From: an uncultured bacterium
GTDB taxonomy: Bacteria > RBG-13-61-14 > CAZOMR01
Direction of reading: 5' to 3'
DNA length: 37,146 bases
NCBI GenBank assembly: GCA_964580655.1
Contig: CAZOMR010000002.1
Location: 1 to 37,146, forward strand
Shown here in pieces: positions 7,359 to 16,589 of the stretch. Within the stretch, counting starts at the first letter, position 1; every line of letters starts with the position of its first letter. Under the pieces are notes generated by a model. The model was not told the DNA's origin. It worked only from the letters and a program-made list of their open reading frames with translations, and did not search any database. A program made the position numbers and the translations under genes.

Positions 7359-8702
7359 GTGTTCAGAAAAAAGGAATTGAAAAAACGGATTGAGAATTTG
7401 GAGCTTTCTCTAGCCAAAAGCCAGGAATACATTACTGACATCCTGACATTCCAGGCCGGGGACAAGGCTCTGGCCGCTCAAGCCTCGCCTAACCCCTACA
7501 ACACCCGGGAAAAGCTGATAGAGGAGTTGATCCGCAAATACAAGGGCTACGCCCGCTACGGAAATCAGACCATCCAGCGGATAGTGGACACCCGCGCCGC
7601 TTTCACCATGGCAGGCGGTCTTAAAGCCGTGGCCCAGGACACGGAACGCTATACAGGGGAACTCGCCTTCATTCGCGATCTAATTGAGCTCAATCAGCTC
7701 GACGGCCAGTTCGGTCAACAGCTTGCTGTTGAAAAGGAGTTGGAGGGCCAGGTGCTGATTGTCCTGGACTGGGACACGGCCTCGGAAAACATCCGCCTTC
7801 GCTATATCTCATGGAACGACACGCGTTACCAGGTTCACTACGCTGATCATCTATACAGCCAGATCACAAAAATCACATACAGGTATGACCCGCAGGCTTA
7901 TCATACAGAGGGATCAATACCATCGCCCGCGGCGGGCGCCAGGGAGGTGGTCATTCCTGCGGACCGGTCGGTCTTCATCAAGTTCAATGCCCGGATAAAC
8001 TCAAGGGAAGGAATCCCCACTCTCTCCGGACTCCTGGTGGAAGCTGAAGAGATTGACCAGGCACTGCGCGACTGGCGCCAGATAAACCGCTATTTCGCTT
8101 CGCCCACTCCTTACTTCAAAACCGAAGACCTGCAGGAAGCAAAAGACCTTTATGACCGACTGCTCAGCCCAAGAATAAACTGGAAGATCGGAAAGGTCTT
8201 TGCCGGTCCCGCTGAATTCCGACTGGTGGGAATGGATTACGCCGGCGCCGAGAGCATTCGACAAGAAATCGAGACCAAGATCAAGATACTAGCCGGAGGC
8301 GCGGGCGTGCCCATCCAGTTCCTGGGCTTCCCGGAATTCATGAGCAACCGCGCTACTGCGGAAAATACCATGGAACCAGTGGCACTGATCAGCATCTCTG
8401 AACAGCGCTCCTGGCTCGGGGGCTTCAAAGAGCTCTTCGACAAGGCAATAGCCCTGCGAAATCTTCATGCGCAGGCCGGATCGCCAGAATTGAAAACCGG
8501 GGTCGTGGACCCGAAGATGAAATTTATCACACAGGCCCAGATTGATCGCCTGATCCGGCTATATTTTCCGCTCTGGCAAAAAAGCGCCATCTCTCTGAAA
8601 ACCTTGCTGAGCTTGCTCCCGGACATTGACCCGCAATCGGAGATGGAAGGCCTCGGGGAGATCAACTCCACCCCGTCCCGGGACAAGGAGGAATGGGCAT
8701 GA
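7359..8702 (+). CDS. portal protein
   Basis: 447 aa, immediately after terL and before the protease/scaffold gene. GTG start with GGGAGGA 4 nt upstream. The reading frame only opens at 7323, so no earlier start is possible. The call rests on position and size. Confidence 0.65.
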   Translation: MFRKKELKKRIENLELSLAKSQEYITDILTFQAGDKALAAQASPNPYNTREKLIEELIRKYKGYARYGNQTIQRIVDTRAAFTMAGGLKAVAQDTERYTGELAFIRDLIELNQLDGQFGQQLAVEKELEGQVLIVLDWDTASENIRLRYISWNDTRYQVHYADHLYSQITKITYRYDPQAYHTEGSIPSPAAGAREVVIPADRSVFIKFNARINSREGIPTLSGLLVEAEEIDQALRDWRQINRYFASPTPYFKTEDLQEAKDLYDRLLSPRINWKIGKVFAGPAEFRLVGMDYAGAESIRQEIETKIKILAGGAGVPIQFLGFPEFMSNRATAENTMEPVALISISEQRSWLGGFKELFDKAIALRNLHAQAGSPELKTGVVDPKMKFITQAQIDRLIRLYFPLWQKSAISLKTLLSLLPDIDPQSEMEGLGEINSTPSRDKEEWA

Positions 8703-9811
8703 GAACCGGAGCGACATTTACCAGCGCGGCTATCCAGGAGATGGCATCCGGCGAGGTCCGAGCCCTGATCGGCGATGACCGTTATCAGGCCATCAAGGCC
8801 AAAGACCCGCATCCGCTTTTTGTGGCCCTGACCATGGCACATGAAGGTAAAAGCTTTGGCAGAATTCTCGGACGCCGAGGAGCAAAGCAGGGAGCGGAAA
8901 AGATATGGCCGCGCTCGCGCATCCACGAGCTGGTTCAGCGGATCAATACCACATTGAATTCAATGTCTTTATCAGCCGAAAACAAAGGACAGGGCATAAG
9001 CGCCTCCGGGGTGCCGGTATATCTCTTCCACAATCAAGACAATTCTCCTCGAAACCCTGTCGGCCGCGTGATCGCCGCAGTCTCCCGATATGTCAGGGGC
9101 AAGGTTCATGCTATTGGAATAGCTTACATATCCGACCCTGAGGCGAGGAAAGGAATTCGCAACCGCGAGTTGGACACCTGTAGTATCGAGGCCGAACTCG
9201 AATTCCAACGCTCTAGTTCTAATTCAGATACTGCGGATTCACCCGGACGAGCGTGGATCGTGAATGCGGTGCAAAAGATTACAGGGCTCGCGCTTGGCTC
9301 AAAGGCGCTCCAGAGCCCCGGTTTTGCCGATGCCGGTATCCTGGCCGCGGTGCAGGAATTCGACGCGGACACTGATACTTCTAATGAGAAGGGTCAGGTG
9401 CTCGACCTGGAAGAAAGGCTAATAGAAAGGGAAAGGGAGATTCAAAATCTGGAATTGGAAGTGCAACGCTTGAGGCAGGATGCGGAAACGAATCGAAAAA
9501 CCGCGAAGATGGTGGAACTTGGTGAGAAATATCTTGACCGCGCCAACCTCTCACAAACCGAACGGTCTTTTCTCATGGATGAAATTCAAGACATGGCCCA
9601 TTCCTTCGGTGAGAGCAATGAGGAGTTTGAAGCGCAAGTAGCAAGCCGCCTGAAACAACAGCTCAAGCGTCTGGAGAAAATGCGCCGCTACTACTCATCC
9701 ACCTCCTCCATTCCGGCTCCGCCGGAGAGGGGATCGGAGAGTCTGTCCGGGGATCAAGGGATTCTTTCCAACCCACTGATTCCCCGACCTCTTTTTCCGA
9801 AGGACCTATAG
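8699..9811 (+). CDS. prohead protease (HK97/S78-like) fused to a coiled-coil scaffold-like C-terminal region
   Basis: The central segment NPVGRVIAAV...GKVHAIGIAYISDPEARKGIRNRELDTCSIEAEL resembles the prohead-protease core. The C-terminal ~140 aa is a heptad-rich coiled coil (LDLEERLIEREREIQNLELEVQRLRQD...). The ATG at 8699 has AAGGAGG 7 nt upstream and overlaps the portal stop (ATGA). The ORF track starts at 8693. Confidence 0.55.
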   Translation: MRTGATFTSAAIQEMASGEVRALIGDDRYQAIKAKDPHPLFVALTMAHEGKSFGRILGRRGAKQGAEKIWPRSRIHELVQRINTTLNSMSLSAENKGQGISASGVPVYLFHNQDNSPRNPVGRVIAAVSRYVRGKVHAIGIAYISDPEARKGIRNRELDTCSIEAELEFQRSSSNSDTADSPGRAWIVNAVQKITGLALGSKALQSPGFADAGILAAVQEFDADTDTSNEKGQVLDLEERLIEREREIQNLELEVQRLRQDAETNRKTAKMVELGEKYLDRANLSQTERSFLMDEIQDMAHSFGESNEEFEAQVASRLKQQLKRLEKMRRYYSSTSSIPAPPERGSESLSGDQGILSNPLIPRPLFPKDL

Positions 9812-9851
9812 GAAAGAACCAGATCAGTAAAATTCATAAGGAGGAATACCC

Positions 9852-10220
9852 ATGGTAACTGAAAGCGGACTAAAACTTCGCACCAAACTGGAAAGCGCGA
9901 AAACCTTGAAGGCTACCACAGGCACTGATGAGACCCACAGCGCTGGCGACATGATCGTGGTGGGTGATACCATCGGTGTCACTGTTGAGGATGTCGGAAC
10001 ATCCTCGGATTTCGTTCTCGTTTATGAGGCGGAAAAAGTCGTGGTACCCAAGGCCACCGGGGCTGGCATCAGCTTCTCTGCGGGAGGCAATGTCTATTTC
10101 GATCCCAACAATAATTGCGTCACCAATGTCAGCACCAGCAATACCAAATGCGGCAAGGCTTTGGAGAGCGCAGGCACCTCCGATGACGAGCTCATGATTG
10201 ACCTCATAGTGCTTTCCTGA
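9852..10220 (+). CDS. DUF2190-family head decoration/cement protein
   Basis: 122 aa. GDMIVVGDTIGVTVEDV...VVVPKATGAGISFSAGGNVYFD...KCGKALESAG...LMIDL matches the DUF2190 pattern. Its position just before the major capsid gene is typical. Confidence 0.75.
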   Translation: MVTESGLKLRTKLESAKTLKATTGTDETHSAGDMIVVGDTIGVTVEDVGTSSDFVLVYEAEKVVVPKATGAGISFSAGGNVYFDPNNNCVTNVSTSNTKCGKALESAGTSDDELMIDLIVLS

Positions 10221-10304
10221 TTTGAAAAAATCGAAACCAAGAACATTTACTACTCTGCGAAGCAGCGCCTCGCTGTGTAGCACGAGCCCCAAGGAGGATA
10301 AAAG

Positions 10305-11294
10305 ATGCGAGGAAAGATGATCGCTGACTGGAATAAAGTCAACCTTAAGGATTCCGAGGGACAGCACCAGTTTCTCTCTGCTGTACAGTATTTCATGGAT
10401 CGGCCCCGGATCGCCGCGGACCAGATCAGGGCACGAATTCAGGAGTTCACCACCAAAAACGACTTTCCCTCTACCCCCATCGAGGCCATTGCCCGCTACC
10501 ACCAGGTGGAAGAGCCGGACATCGGTTGGGAGCAGGTCTTTGAAGTCATTGATTTCACGAGCTCCCGCAAGAACGGCTTTGACATTCTTGACGTGTCGTC
10601 CGGCTTGAGCTTCAAGGCGATTATGCCCGGAGAAAAAGCCGAGGTCTACAAGATTTCAGGTGAAAAGGTCACGGTAAATTTCGACCTCTTTGGCGGGGCA
10701 CTGGGCTGGTCCAAGCTCTGGTTTGATGACGAGGAATACTGGAAGATTGAGGATACAGCAAAAGAGTTTCGCGCCAGGTGGTATGCCAACAAGGCCCAGG
10801 CTCACTATGACCTTATCTCCTCAAGCAGGGCTGACTCGGATGTGAGCTGGCAGGGAGATGCCTCCGACACCAAGGCTGTGCGTGATGCCGAGACCATAAA
10901 CTATGCTTGCGCGGCCATCCTTGAAGACATGGAGGCCCTTGGCATGGATGTCAACGCCAACTCCCGCTTCATCATCGTGTCCCCGGTTCAGCTCATGGCA
11001 AGAGTTCGCAATGCACTCAATACCACTCTGGCCCAAAGCGCAACGAGTGAAGTGAATTTCAATGTCGGCCTTGCCGTCACCACGCGCTTGAAGAATCAGG
11101 CTCTCACCCAGGCGGAGACATCCCAGTATTTCGTCTGCCTGCCGGGTCGCAAGATCAAAAGCGGCCTGCGCATGGACCTGACCATTCTCAGCGAGCCGGA
11201 CATCCTCGCCTACGCCGAAACCGTGGCTGGCTGGGGACGGTACGGCGCGGCCGTGGGTGAGTCCAAGCAAATTCGCAGATGTGCCACTTCTTAA
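10305..11294 (+). CDS. major capsid protein
   Basis: 329 aa, follows the protease/scaffold and DUF2190 genes. Strong RBS (AAGGAGG) and a GC-rich hairpin just after the stop. The call rests on position and size. Confidence 0.65.
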   Translation: MRGKMIADWNKVNLKDSEGQHQFLSAVQYFMDRPRIAADQIRARIQEFTTKNDFPSTPIEAIARYHQVEEPDIGWEQVFEVIDFTSSRKNGFDILDVSSGLSFKAIMPGEKAEVYKISGEKVTVNFDLFGGALGWSKLWFDDEEYWKIEDTAKEFRARWYANKAQAHYDLISSSRADSDVSWQGDASDTKAVRDAETINYACAAILEDMEALGMDVNANSRFIIVSPVQLMARVRNALNTTLAQSATSEVNFNVGLAVTTRLKNQALTQAETSQYFVCLPGRKIKSGLRMDLTILSEPDILAYAETVAGWGRYGAAVGESKQIRRCATS

Positions 11295-11307
11295 CCCTGG
11301 ATTCAAA

Positions 11308-11323
11308 TCCGAAGGATATGGAG
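11308..11323 (+). repeat. 16-nt box TCCGAAGGATATGGAG, copy 1
   Basis: Exact 16-nt match to 21306-21321. Both copies lie 11-14 nt after a stop codon, in the intergenic space preceding an accessory or lysis cassette. Confidence 0.5.
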
Positions 11324-11325
11324 GA

Positions 11326-11352
11326 GAGGAGGGGATTCGAATTCCCCTCCTC
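11326..11352 (+). terminator. GC-rich stem-loop after the capsid gene (partial terminator, attenuator or RNA-stabilising hairpin)
   Basis: GAGGAGGGGA (11326-11335) pairs with TCCCCTCCTC (11343-11352), giving a 10-bp stem around a TTCGAAT loop. No T-tract follows, so it is not a canonical intrinsic terminator. Confidence 0.4.
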
Positions 11353-11374
11353 CTTCCCTCCCCAAGGAGGATAG

Positions 11375-12136
11375 ATGAACCTGGCGGTTTGCATACCGGT
11401 AAGCTGGGATAAAGTCCCGACGGATTTTCTCATCGCCTTTTCTCGGTTGTTCAGGCCGGAGCAATTGAACGGGATGGAGCGACTGGGAGTGAAAAAATTC
11501 TGGCAGATTTTCAACCGCGTGTTTCCGCTGGACCTGAACCGGAACCGGCTAGGGCAAAAGAGCCTTGATCTAAAAGCTGATGCCATGCTTTTCCTCGATG
11601 CGGATATGACATTCCCCCCTGATCTGATCCCGCGTCTGATCCAGGATATGCGCGAGACCGGACCCGCTGTCATCAGCGGACTCTATTTCAAGAAAGCACC
11701 ACCGTTCCCGCCGGTAAGCGCCAACAAGATCTTCTCCCGCGATGAGCAGAAGATGTTCCCTGTCGAAATTGATTCCGGGCATCCAGACTCTATGGGCCAT
11801 CTGGTGGAATGCGATGTGGTGGGCATGGGCGCGGCCTTGATCTCCCGGGAAGTGCTGGAGGCAATCGCGCCGCCATGGTTCGAATACGAGGTCTACCAGA
11901 AGACCGGAGAGCGGACAGTTACCGAGGATGTCCCTTTTTGCAGAAAAGCGAAGCAGGCTGGCTTCAAGATTTACACCGATCTTGGTCTGGAATGCGGACA
12001 TATCACGGCCATCACTGTAACCCGGCGCCACTGGGAGGATCAGCGTCAAAAGATCATAGCCCGGACCGCTGGAGCGATTACTTCGTGGTTTTGCACAGGC
12101 CCAGGCGAATCTCAAGGAAAAGAAAATGGCCAATGA
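11375..12136 (+). CDS. family 2-like glycosyltransferase
   Basis: LFLDADMTFPPDLIPRLI (DxD region), VVGMGAALISREVLEAIAPPWFEY, and TEDVPFCRKAKQAGFKIYTDLGLECGHI (ED motif). This is the GT-A fold signature. Confidence 0.7.
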   Translation: MNLAVCIPVSWDKVPTDFLIAFSRLFRPEQLNGMERLGVKKFWQIFNRVFPLDLNRNRLGQKSLDLKADAMLFLDADMTFPPDLIPRLIQDMRETGPAVISGLYFKKAPPFPPVSANKIFSRDEQKMFPVEIDSGHPDSMGHLVECDVVGMGAALISREVLEAIAPPWFEYEVYQKTGERTVTEDVPFCRKAKQAGFKIYTDLGLECGHITAITVTRRHWEDQRQKIIARTAGAITSWFCTGPGESQGKENGQ

Positions 12137-12377
12137 AAGCATAACGGCCTGTCATGTTCCCACCGGGGAGCGGTTTGAATTTATTGTCGACGACGTGGAC
12201 AATGTGCCTGGTTGCGATTGTGGGATGCGGGACGATAGCGTCCCGCACATGTTGAAAAAACCGGAGGGAAAGTTTGACTACAAAGCCAAGACTTACACTC
12301 TCACCTGCCCGGCATGTGGAAAAAGACTCGCCGAGGCCAGGAGAATAGAGACCGAGGATATAAAAAATGTCTCTTGA
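12126..12377 (+). CDS. small zinc-ribbon-like protein
   Basis: 83 aa with a CDCG...(about 35 aa)...CPACG cysteine pair arrangement. It overlaps both neighbours by 11 nt. Confidence 0.5.
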   Translation: MANESITACHVPTGERFEFIVDDVDNVPGCDCGMRDDSVPHMLKKPEGKFDYKAKTYTLTCPACGKRLAEARRIETEDIKNVS

Positions 12378-13515
12378 GAAAATTATAATATACCCTTATG
12401 CCACGCTGAGTTCAGATAATAACCTTGAAAAGCTTGAGGGCTGTTCGAAGGTTGCGCTCAAGCCACGCGATGAAGATGGGAATCATATTCTCGTTTTATC
12501 TCATTTTGACGAAAGTAATATAGATACGACTTATAAATGGGCTCGGATGTTCAATGACTCGGCCTATGATGCGAGGTGGATAGGCCGGAGACTTGTAAAG
12601 TGGAACGATACAGTTCCGAAGTTCGGCGCTGGTTGTCTTTACACATACAGCCCTGACTATGCGGCTCTGGCCTTACCTTACCATGCCAGATACAACAACC
12701 TGACAGACTTCACGATAGAGGCCTTTGTCCGGTTTCATTTGGATACAGGAACCAAGACCATATTCAATGAATACTTCTATCACACTGACAAACAAGGTCG
12801 CTGGAGACTGGAGCGGAATGGAACAGAGCTGAGGCTCATCACTTATGACGCAAATGGAAACTATCATACCCTGTCTACATCCGGCCTGGGTCTCGTGACT
12901 TCGCAGTATTACCACATTCGGTTCTCTCACTCGTATGCAGGAAATGTAAAAATAAGTGTTGATGGCACAGAGGTTGCCTCGAGCTCTATCGGCAAGATGC
13001 TGGAAACCCTGGATGAGACCATCTGCCCGTTTATCACCATCGGCGGGTATTACAATCATCCATCCATGGCCTGCATCAACAGTGACAAAATCTGCGTGGA
13101 TGAGTTCATCATGTATAAAGATATCCTTCCTTCAAACTATGATGTCCGCACCGCGGCCTGCAAGCCCTTCAGCCAGGATGAGCCCACTGCAACATTGACG
13201 CTGGATACGGGACTCAAGGATGCAGTCTGGGATGCTTCGAGCATTCTTTTTGTAGATGAGACTGATTTCAACAACAATGGGATAAAAATCCGCCGGGATG
13301 CGGATGATGATAATACGCCGTCTTTCACAGGCGATCCGATAACCCTGTCGCAGTTTAGAAGCGGGGATAATCCTCTCGGGAGATACCTGCACCTGGAGTT
13401 TACATTTTACAGCGACGGGGACACAAAGAGGGTTTTATTCCCTGGCAAGATTGACCTCTGTGGAGGCAAACCTTCTATGCTTGCGCGTAGAGCGCCAGAA
13501 ATTGTAAGGAGATGA
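12367..13515 (+). CDS. LamG / concanavalin A-like lectin (Laminin_G_3-type) domain protein
   Basis: LTDFTIEAFVRFHL...RLITYDANG...YYHIRFSHSYAGNVKISVDGTEVAS matches the LamG jelly-roll pattern. By eye the gene is visibly more AT-rich than its neighbours. Confidence 0.7.
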   Translation: MSLEKIIIYPYATLSSDNNLEKLEGCSKVALKPRDEDGNHILVLSHFDESNIDTTYKWARMFNDSAYDARWIGRRLVKWNDTVPKFGAGCLYTYSPDYAALALPYHARYNNLTDFTIEAFVRFHLDTGTKTIFNEYFYHTDKQGRWRLERNGTELRLITYDANGNYHTLSTSGLGLVTSQYYHIRFSHSYAGNVKISVDGTEVASSSIGKMLETLDETICPFITIGGYYNHPSMACINSDKICVDEFIMYKDILPSNYDVRTAACKPFSQDEPTATLTLDTGLKDAVWDASSILFVDETDFNNNGIKIRRDADDDNTPSFTGDPITLSQFRSGDNPLGRYLHLEFTFYSDGDTKRVLFPGKIDLCGGKPSMLARRAPEIVRR

Positions 13516-13519
13516 ATCC

Positions 13520-14293
13520 ATGACCCTTGCTCTGCCTCAATACCAGCAGAACGAAACCGGCCGCTTTGATTTCCGCGTGCCAGATGGCCTGGGCCACTAC
13601 GTTTACCTCGACTGGGATGACCCGGACCTGAAAGTCGAGTTCCGCGACTCCCAGGGAACCCTTCGCTTCACCGCCACCACCTCATCCAGCCCCGCTTTCA
13701 CCAAGGGGGGCGATGATCAAGGCTATTACCATTATGTAGAGGGGGTTGATCTTTCCGAATTCGCGCTCGGAAATGTGGAGGCGCGTATCTACGGCAAGGT
13801 CAACAGCGCCGAGGTGGAGCCGTATCCTACGATCATCGTGGCGTTCGAGGTTATCTCAAGCTTTGGCGAGGAACCGCTATATACCACGGCGGATCGGGTC
13901 AAGGCTGAACTCCCGGATGACCTTCCCGATGAGCTGACCGAATCCCTGATCACCCGCTACATCGCGGACCAGAGCCGAAAGCTGGACGCCTACTTGAGAA
14001 CCTGCTATCCGGTTCCCTTCTCAGGAATCGGCGATAACCCTCGGACCCCGGAACTGGTGGAACAGATATGCCGCAAGTTGACGCTCCATGAGTGCCTCTT
14101 GTTTCTCGCCCGTGATAACAGGGTTACCGAAGATAGCCCCTTTGCAAAGGAAGCGCTTTCGAACCTGGAAAAGATGATCCCTCTTAACGGAAAGGTGCCC
14201 ATGATCCGGCTGGAAGGCTACTTCGGCCCGCTGGCTGGTTACTCTGCGGAAATTTCCCGGCAGGACTATCCGGATGAAGACCTGCTTACTTGA
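13520..14293 (+). CDS. head-tail connector/adaptor (DUF1320, Mu gp36-like C-terminal domain) with an N-terminal extension
   Basis: The C-terminal half (YTTADRVKAELPDDL...LITRYIADQSRKLDAYLRTCYPVPF...PELVEQICRKLTLHECL) resembles the DUF1320 family. The first ~120 aa is an additional beta-rich domain. Confidence 0.55.
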   Translation: MTLALPQYQQNETGRFDFRVPDGLGHYVYLDWDDPDLKVEFRDSQGTLRFTATTSSSPAFTKGGDDQGYYHYVEGVDLSEFALGNVEARIYGKVNSAEVEPYPTIIVAFEVISSFGEEPLYTTADRVKAELPDDLPDELTESLITRYIADQSRKLDAYLRTCYPVPFSGIGDNPRTPELVEQICRKLTLHECLLFLARDNRVTEDSPFAKEALSNLEKMIPLNGKVPMIRLEGYFGPLAGYSAEISRQDYPDEDLLT

Positions 14294-14348
14294 AAAACTT
14301 TCGTCGCCCATGCTCCAAGGTTTCGGCGACGGAGCGAGGTAGCTGACC

Positions 14349-14879
14349 ATGGCTTTGACAGATGGCGATTACCTTAAAGTGGCCGCTAAGATCGTGGCCA
14401 CGCTTTTAAGTGATACCAACTCCGGAGGGCTAAGAGAAGGGGACGAGCCCCCGGTCAGGACTATTGAGGCCCGCCTGCCGGAGGAAAACCGGTATTACGG
14501 CAAGCATGAGTTGCCACTGATCGCAGTGGAGGTGAAGGGAAAAAGGGAGGTCCATGAACCCAATATGCGCTGTGAGGCAAAAGTATTCGATGTGGAATTC
14601 ATTGTTCTCACACGGGGCGGGGACCGGCAAAAAGAGAATCAGCAATGCAAGAAGATAGCACATCGTCTGGAGAAAATCTTCCGCGAGCAGAGTCAGAGCA
14701 ACAAGCCATTCCAGGGTCTACCGGATTCGATCGAGGATTCGGAAGGCGTGCTCTTGGCCCGGCTCAGAAACACCTTTTTCGAAGCCGCGAGATCGGAAGA
14801 AGCAAGCCCTAAAAGACCAACGGCAAGGGCTGTCGTCCGCGGAGAACTCTGGATTCCATGTAATCTTGGAACCGATTAG
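14349..14879 (+). CDS. hypothetical; head-tail joining / tail terminator-like by position
   Basis: 176 aa, between the connector and the putative tail tube gene. No motif recognised. Confidence 0.35.
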   Translation: MALTDGDYLKVAAKIVATLLSDTNSGGLREGDEPPVRTIEARLPEENRYYGKHELPLIAVEVKGKREVHEPNMRCEAKVFDVEFIVLTRGGDRQKENQQCKKIAHRLEKIFREQSQSNKPFQGLPDSIEDSEGVLLARLRNTFFEAARSEEASPKRPTARAVVRGELWIPCNLGTD

Positions 14880-14906
14880 CTCAAGAGTAATACAAGGAGC
14901 ACTCGC

Positions 14907-16190
14907 ATGGCAAAAATCTTTTTGGAACAGGCCGGCAGGATCGCGGTCACAAGGACCAAGGAATCGCCCAAGGGCACTCCGCAGGCCGCTAACGGTGTCA
15001 CCATGGATTTCGATTCCGGCTCGGGTCTGGGACTGGAGAGGATTATTGAGGATGACCGCGACCTGATCACAGGGAGCGAAACTCCGGGCAACATCTTTTA
15101 CGCAAGCCACACTGCGGCAGGAGGGCTCAGCCAGAAGAGGGCAAAACCTGATTTGCTCACTTTTGTCCTGGCACATTTCTTCGGCAACTGCGAGTCCACC
15201 TCGGTAAGCACCAGCGCCTATCGGCATACCATAACCCCGCTCGCGGATATAGATCACCCCGGCTTTACCCTTATACAGCGCCGTGGGAATTCAATCTTGA
15301 AAGAGCGCTACTCAGGCAACCACATAGAGGGATTTACACTGGAGCTTGGAGAAAGCTGGGTCAGCATTTCAGCGGACATCAAAGGCTGGGGCAAACGCGA
15401 GGTCAATTACGAGCATGAGATAGTATCAGCCGAGGCCAACTCGACCCAGATCACACTTGCCGAAAATGCCGTGGAAGGCGCAGACGATGCAGAGCGCCTG
15501 GAGAATGTGTTCCGGGTCCGGGCCAGGGATGTGGGAGAAGACCACTGGACTCATGCCCCGGTCTCAAGCGTATCCTCGGATACGCCGGCTGTCATTACTC
15601 TGGCCACAGCCATAGGCACATCCACCGACTCCATTGATTTCCATGTGGACTACATCCCGGAGGAGCCGGACTGGTGTAGTTTTCCAGAAAGAATTGACGA
15701 GTCCCCGCTCAAGCTGATGGACGCCAGGGTTATAGTGGACGGGTATTACAACGGCGAGGAGGTGCTCGGGGGACAAGTTCTTCCCGGTAAAGTACTTAGC
15801 TTTTCCCTCCAGGGGAGCAATGAGATAGACATCCGACATGTTCCGGATGCATCAGGCGCTCTCCACGCAGGTGAAAGCTTGCGCGGCGGAAGACTGGTAA
15901 CCGTTAAGATTACTGAAAAGCTAAAGGATACGATCCGGCAATACCAGCAGGACCATGCGGAAGCAGAGTCCCTGTCAGTATACCTTCAGCTTCGCGGAGC
16001 CGAGATTGATCCGGGAAGCGGGATATACTTCGGCGCGGACATCATGCTCCCCAAATGCGGGATTCTCAATGCTCCGATCACGGTATCGGGAAAATACCTT
16101 GCACAAGAAGGTGACTTGATCGTGCTTGATGACGGCACTTATGACGGGGTCATCATCAAATGTTATAACCAGCAGGCGAGCTACCTTTAA
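14907..16190 (+). CDS. putative major tail (tube) protein
   Basis: 427 aa, immediately upstream of the frameshifting chaperone and the tape measure. The call is positional only. Confidence 0.45.
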   Translation: MAKIFLEQAGRIAVTRTKESPKGTPQAANGVTMDFDSGSGLGLERIIEDDRDLITGSETPGNIFYASHTAAGGLSQKRAKPDLLTFVLAHFFGNCESTSVSTSAYRHTITPLADIDHPGFTLIQRRGNSILKERYSGNHIEGFTLELGESWVSISADIKGWGKREVNYEHEIVSAEANSTQITLAENAVEGADDAERLENVFRVRARDVGEDHWTHAPVSSVSSDTPAVITLATAIGTSTDSIDFHVDYIPEEPDWCSFPERIDESPLKLMDARVIVDGYYNGEEVLGGQVLPGKVLSFSLQGSNEIDIRHVPDASGALHAGESLRGGRLVTVKITEKLKDTIRQYQQDHAEAESLSVYLQLRGAEIDPGSGIYFGADIMLPKCGILNAPITVSGKYLAQEGDLIVLDDGTYDGVIIKCYNQQASYL

Positions 16191-16202
16191 CAAGGAAAGC
16201 AG

Positions 16203-16589
16203 ATGGCTTATTTGAAAAAGACTGAAGGAGTGCTTTTGATCGAACTGGGCAAAAAGAGGGTTCATCTTCGCTATCGCCAGCCCACAGTGGATGAGATGCT
16301 TAGTGCTTTGGCAATGAAATACCAGTCCCACGATCCGGAGCAACAGGCGGAAGATATCCTGCGGGCCAACCTTGAACTGGGGTTCAATTGTCTTGAGGGG
16401 CTTATAAGCGGGGAGCTGATGATTGACTCAGGCCGCGGACCAGAGTCTTTAAGCAGTGAACCGGGACAGGAAGGTTACAGGCAGGACTGGAAAGAGAGTG
16501 TCAGGAATTCCTTTCCAGCTTTGCTCGTGGCCCTGGGCCAGCATCTCTCGGACATTCCCACCCGCATCGAGGAACTTAAAAAAAAATAG
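16203..16589 (+). CDS. tail assembly chaperone, short (G-like) product
   Basis: 128 aa, directly upstream of the tape measure. The gene ends in CTT AAA AAA AAA TAG, which is a slippery A9 tract. Confidence 0.7.
   Translation: MAYLKKTEGVLLIELGKKRVHLRYRQPTVDEMLSALAMKYQSHDPEQQAEDILRANLELGFNCLEGLISGELMIDSGRGPESLSSEPGQEGYRQDWKESVRNSFPALLVALGQHLSDIPTRIEELKKK

Noticed and set aside
11318-11374. 18-codon mini-ORF (MEERRGFEFPSSFPPQGG) starting at the ATG inside the 16-nt box and ending right at the GT2 start
   Set aside because: The AAGGA lies only 1 nt from the ATG, which is too close for an SD. The ORF mostly spells out the two arms of the hairpin. The mini-ORF at the second box copy (21316) is unrelated in sequence and length.
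14907-16190. Interpreting the 427-aa protein as a contractile tail sheath
   Set aside because: The next gene is the frameshifting chaperone rather than a tube protein, and no baseplate-wedge or spike gene set follows. A non-contractile tail is more parsimonious.
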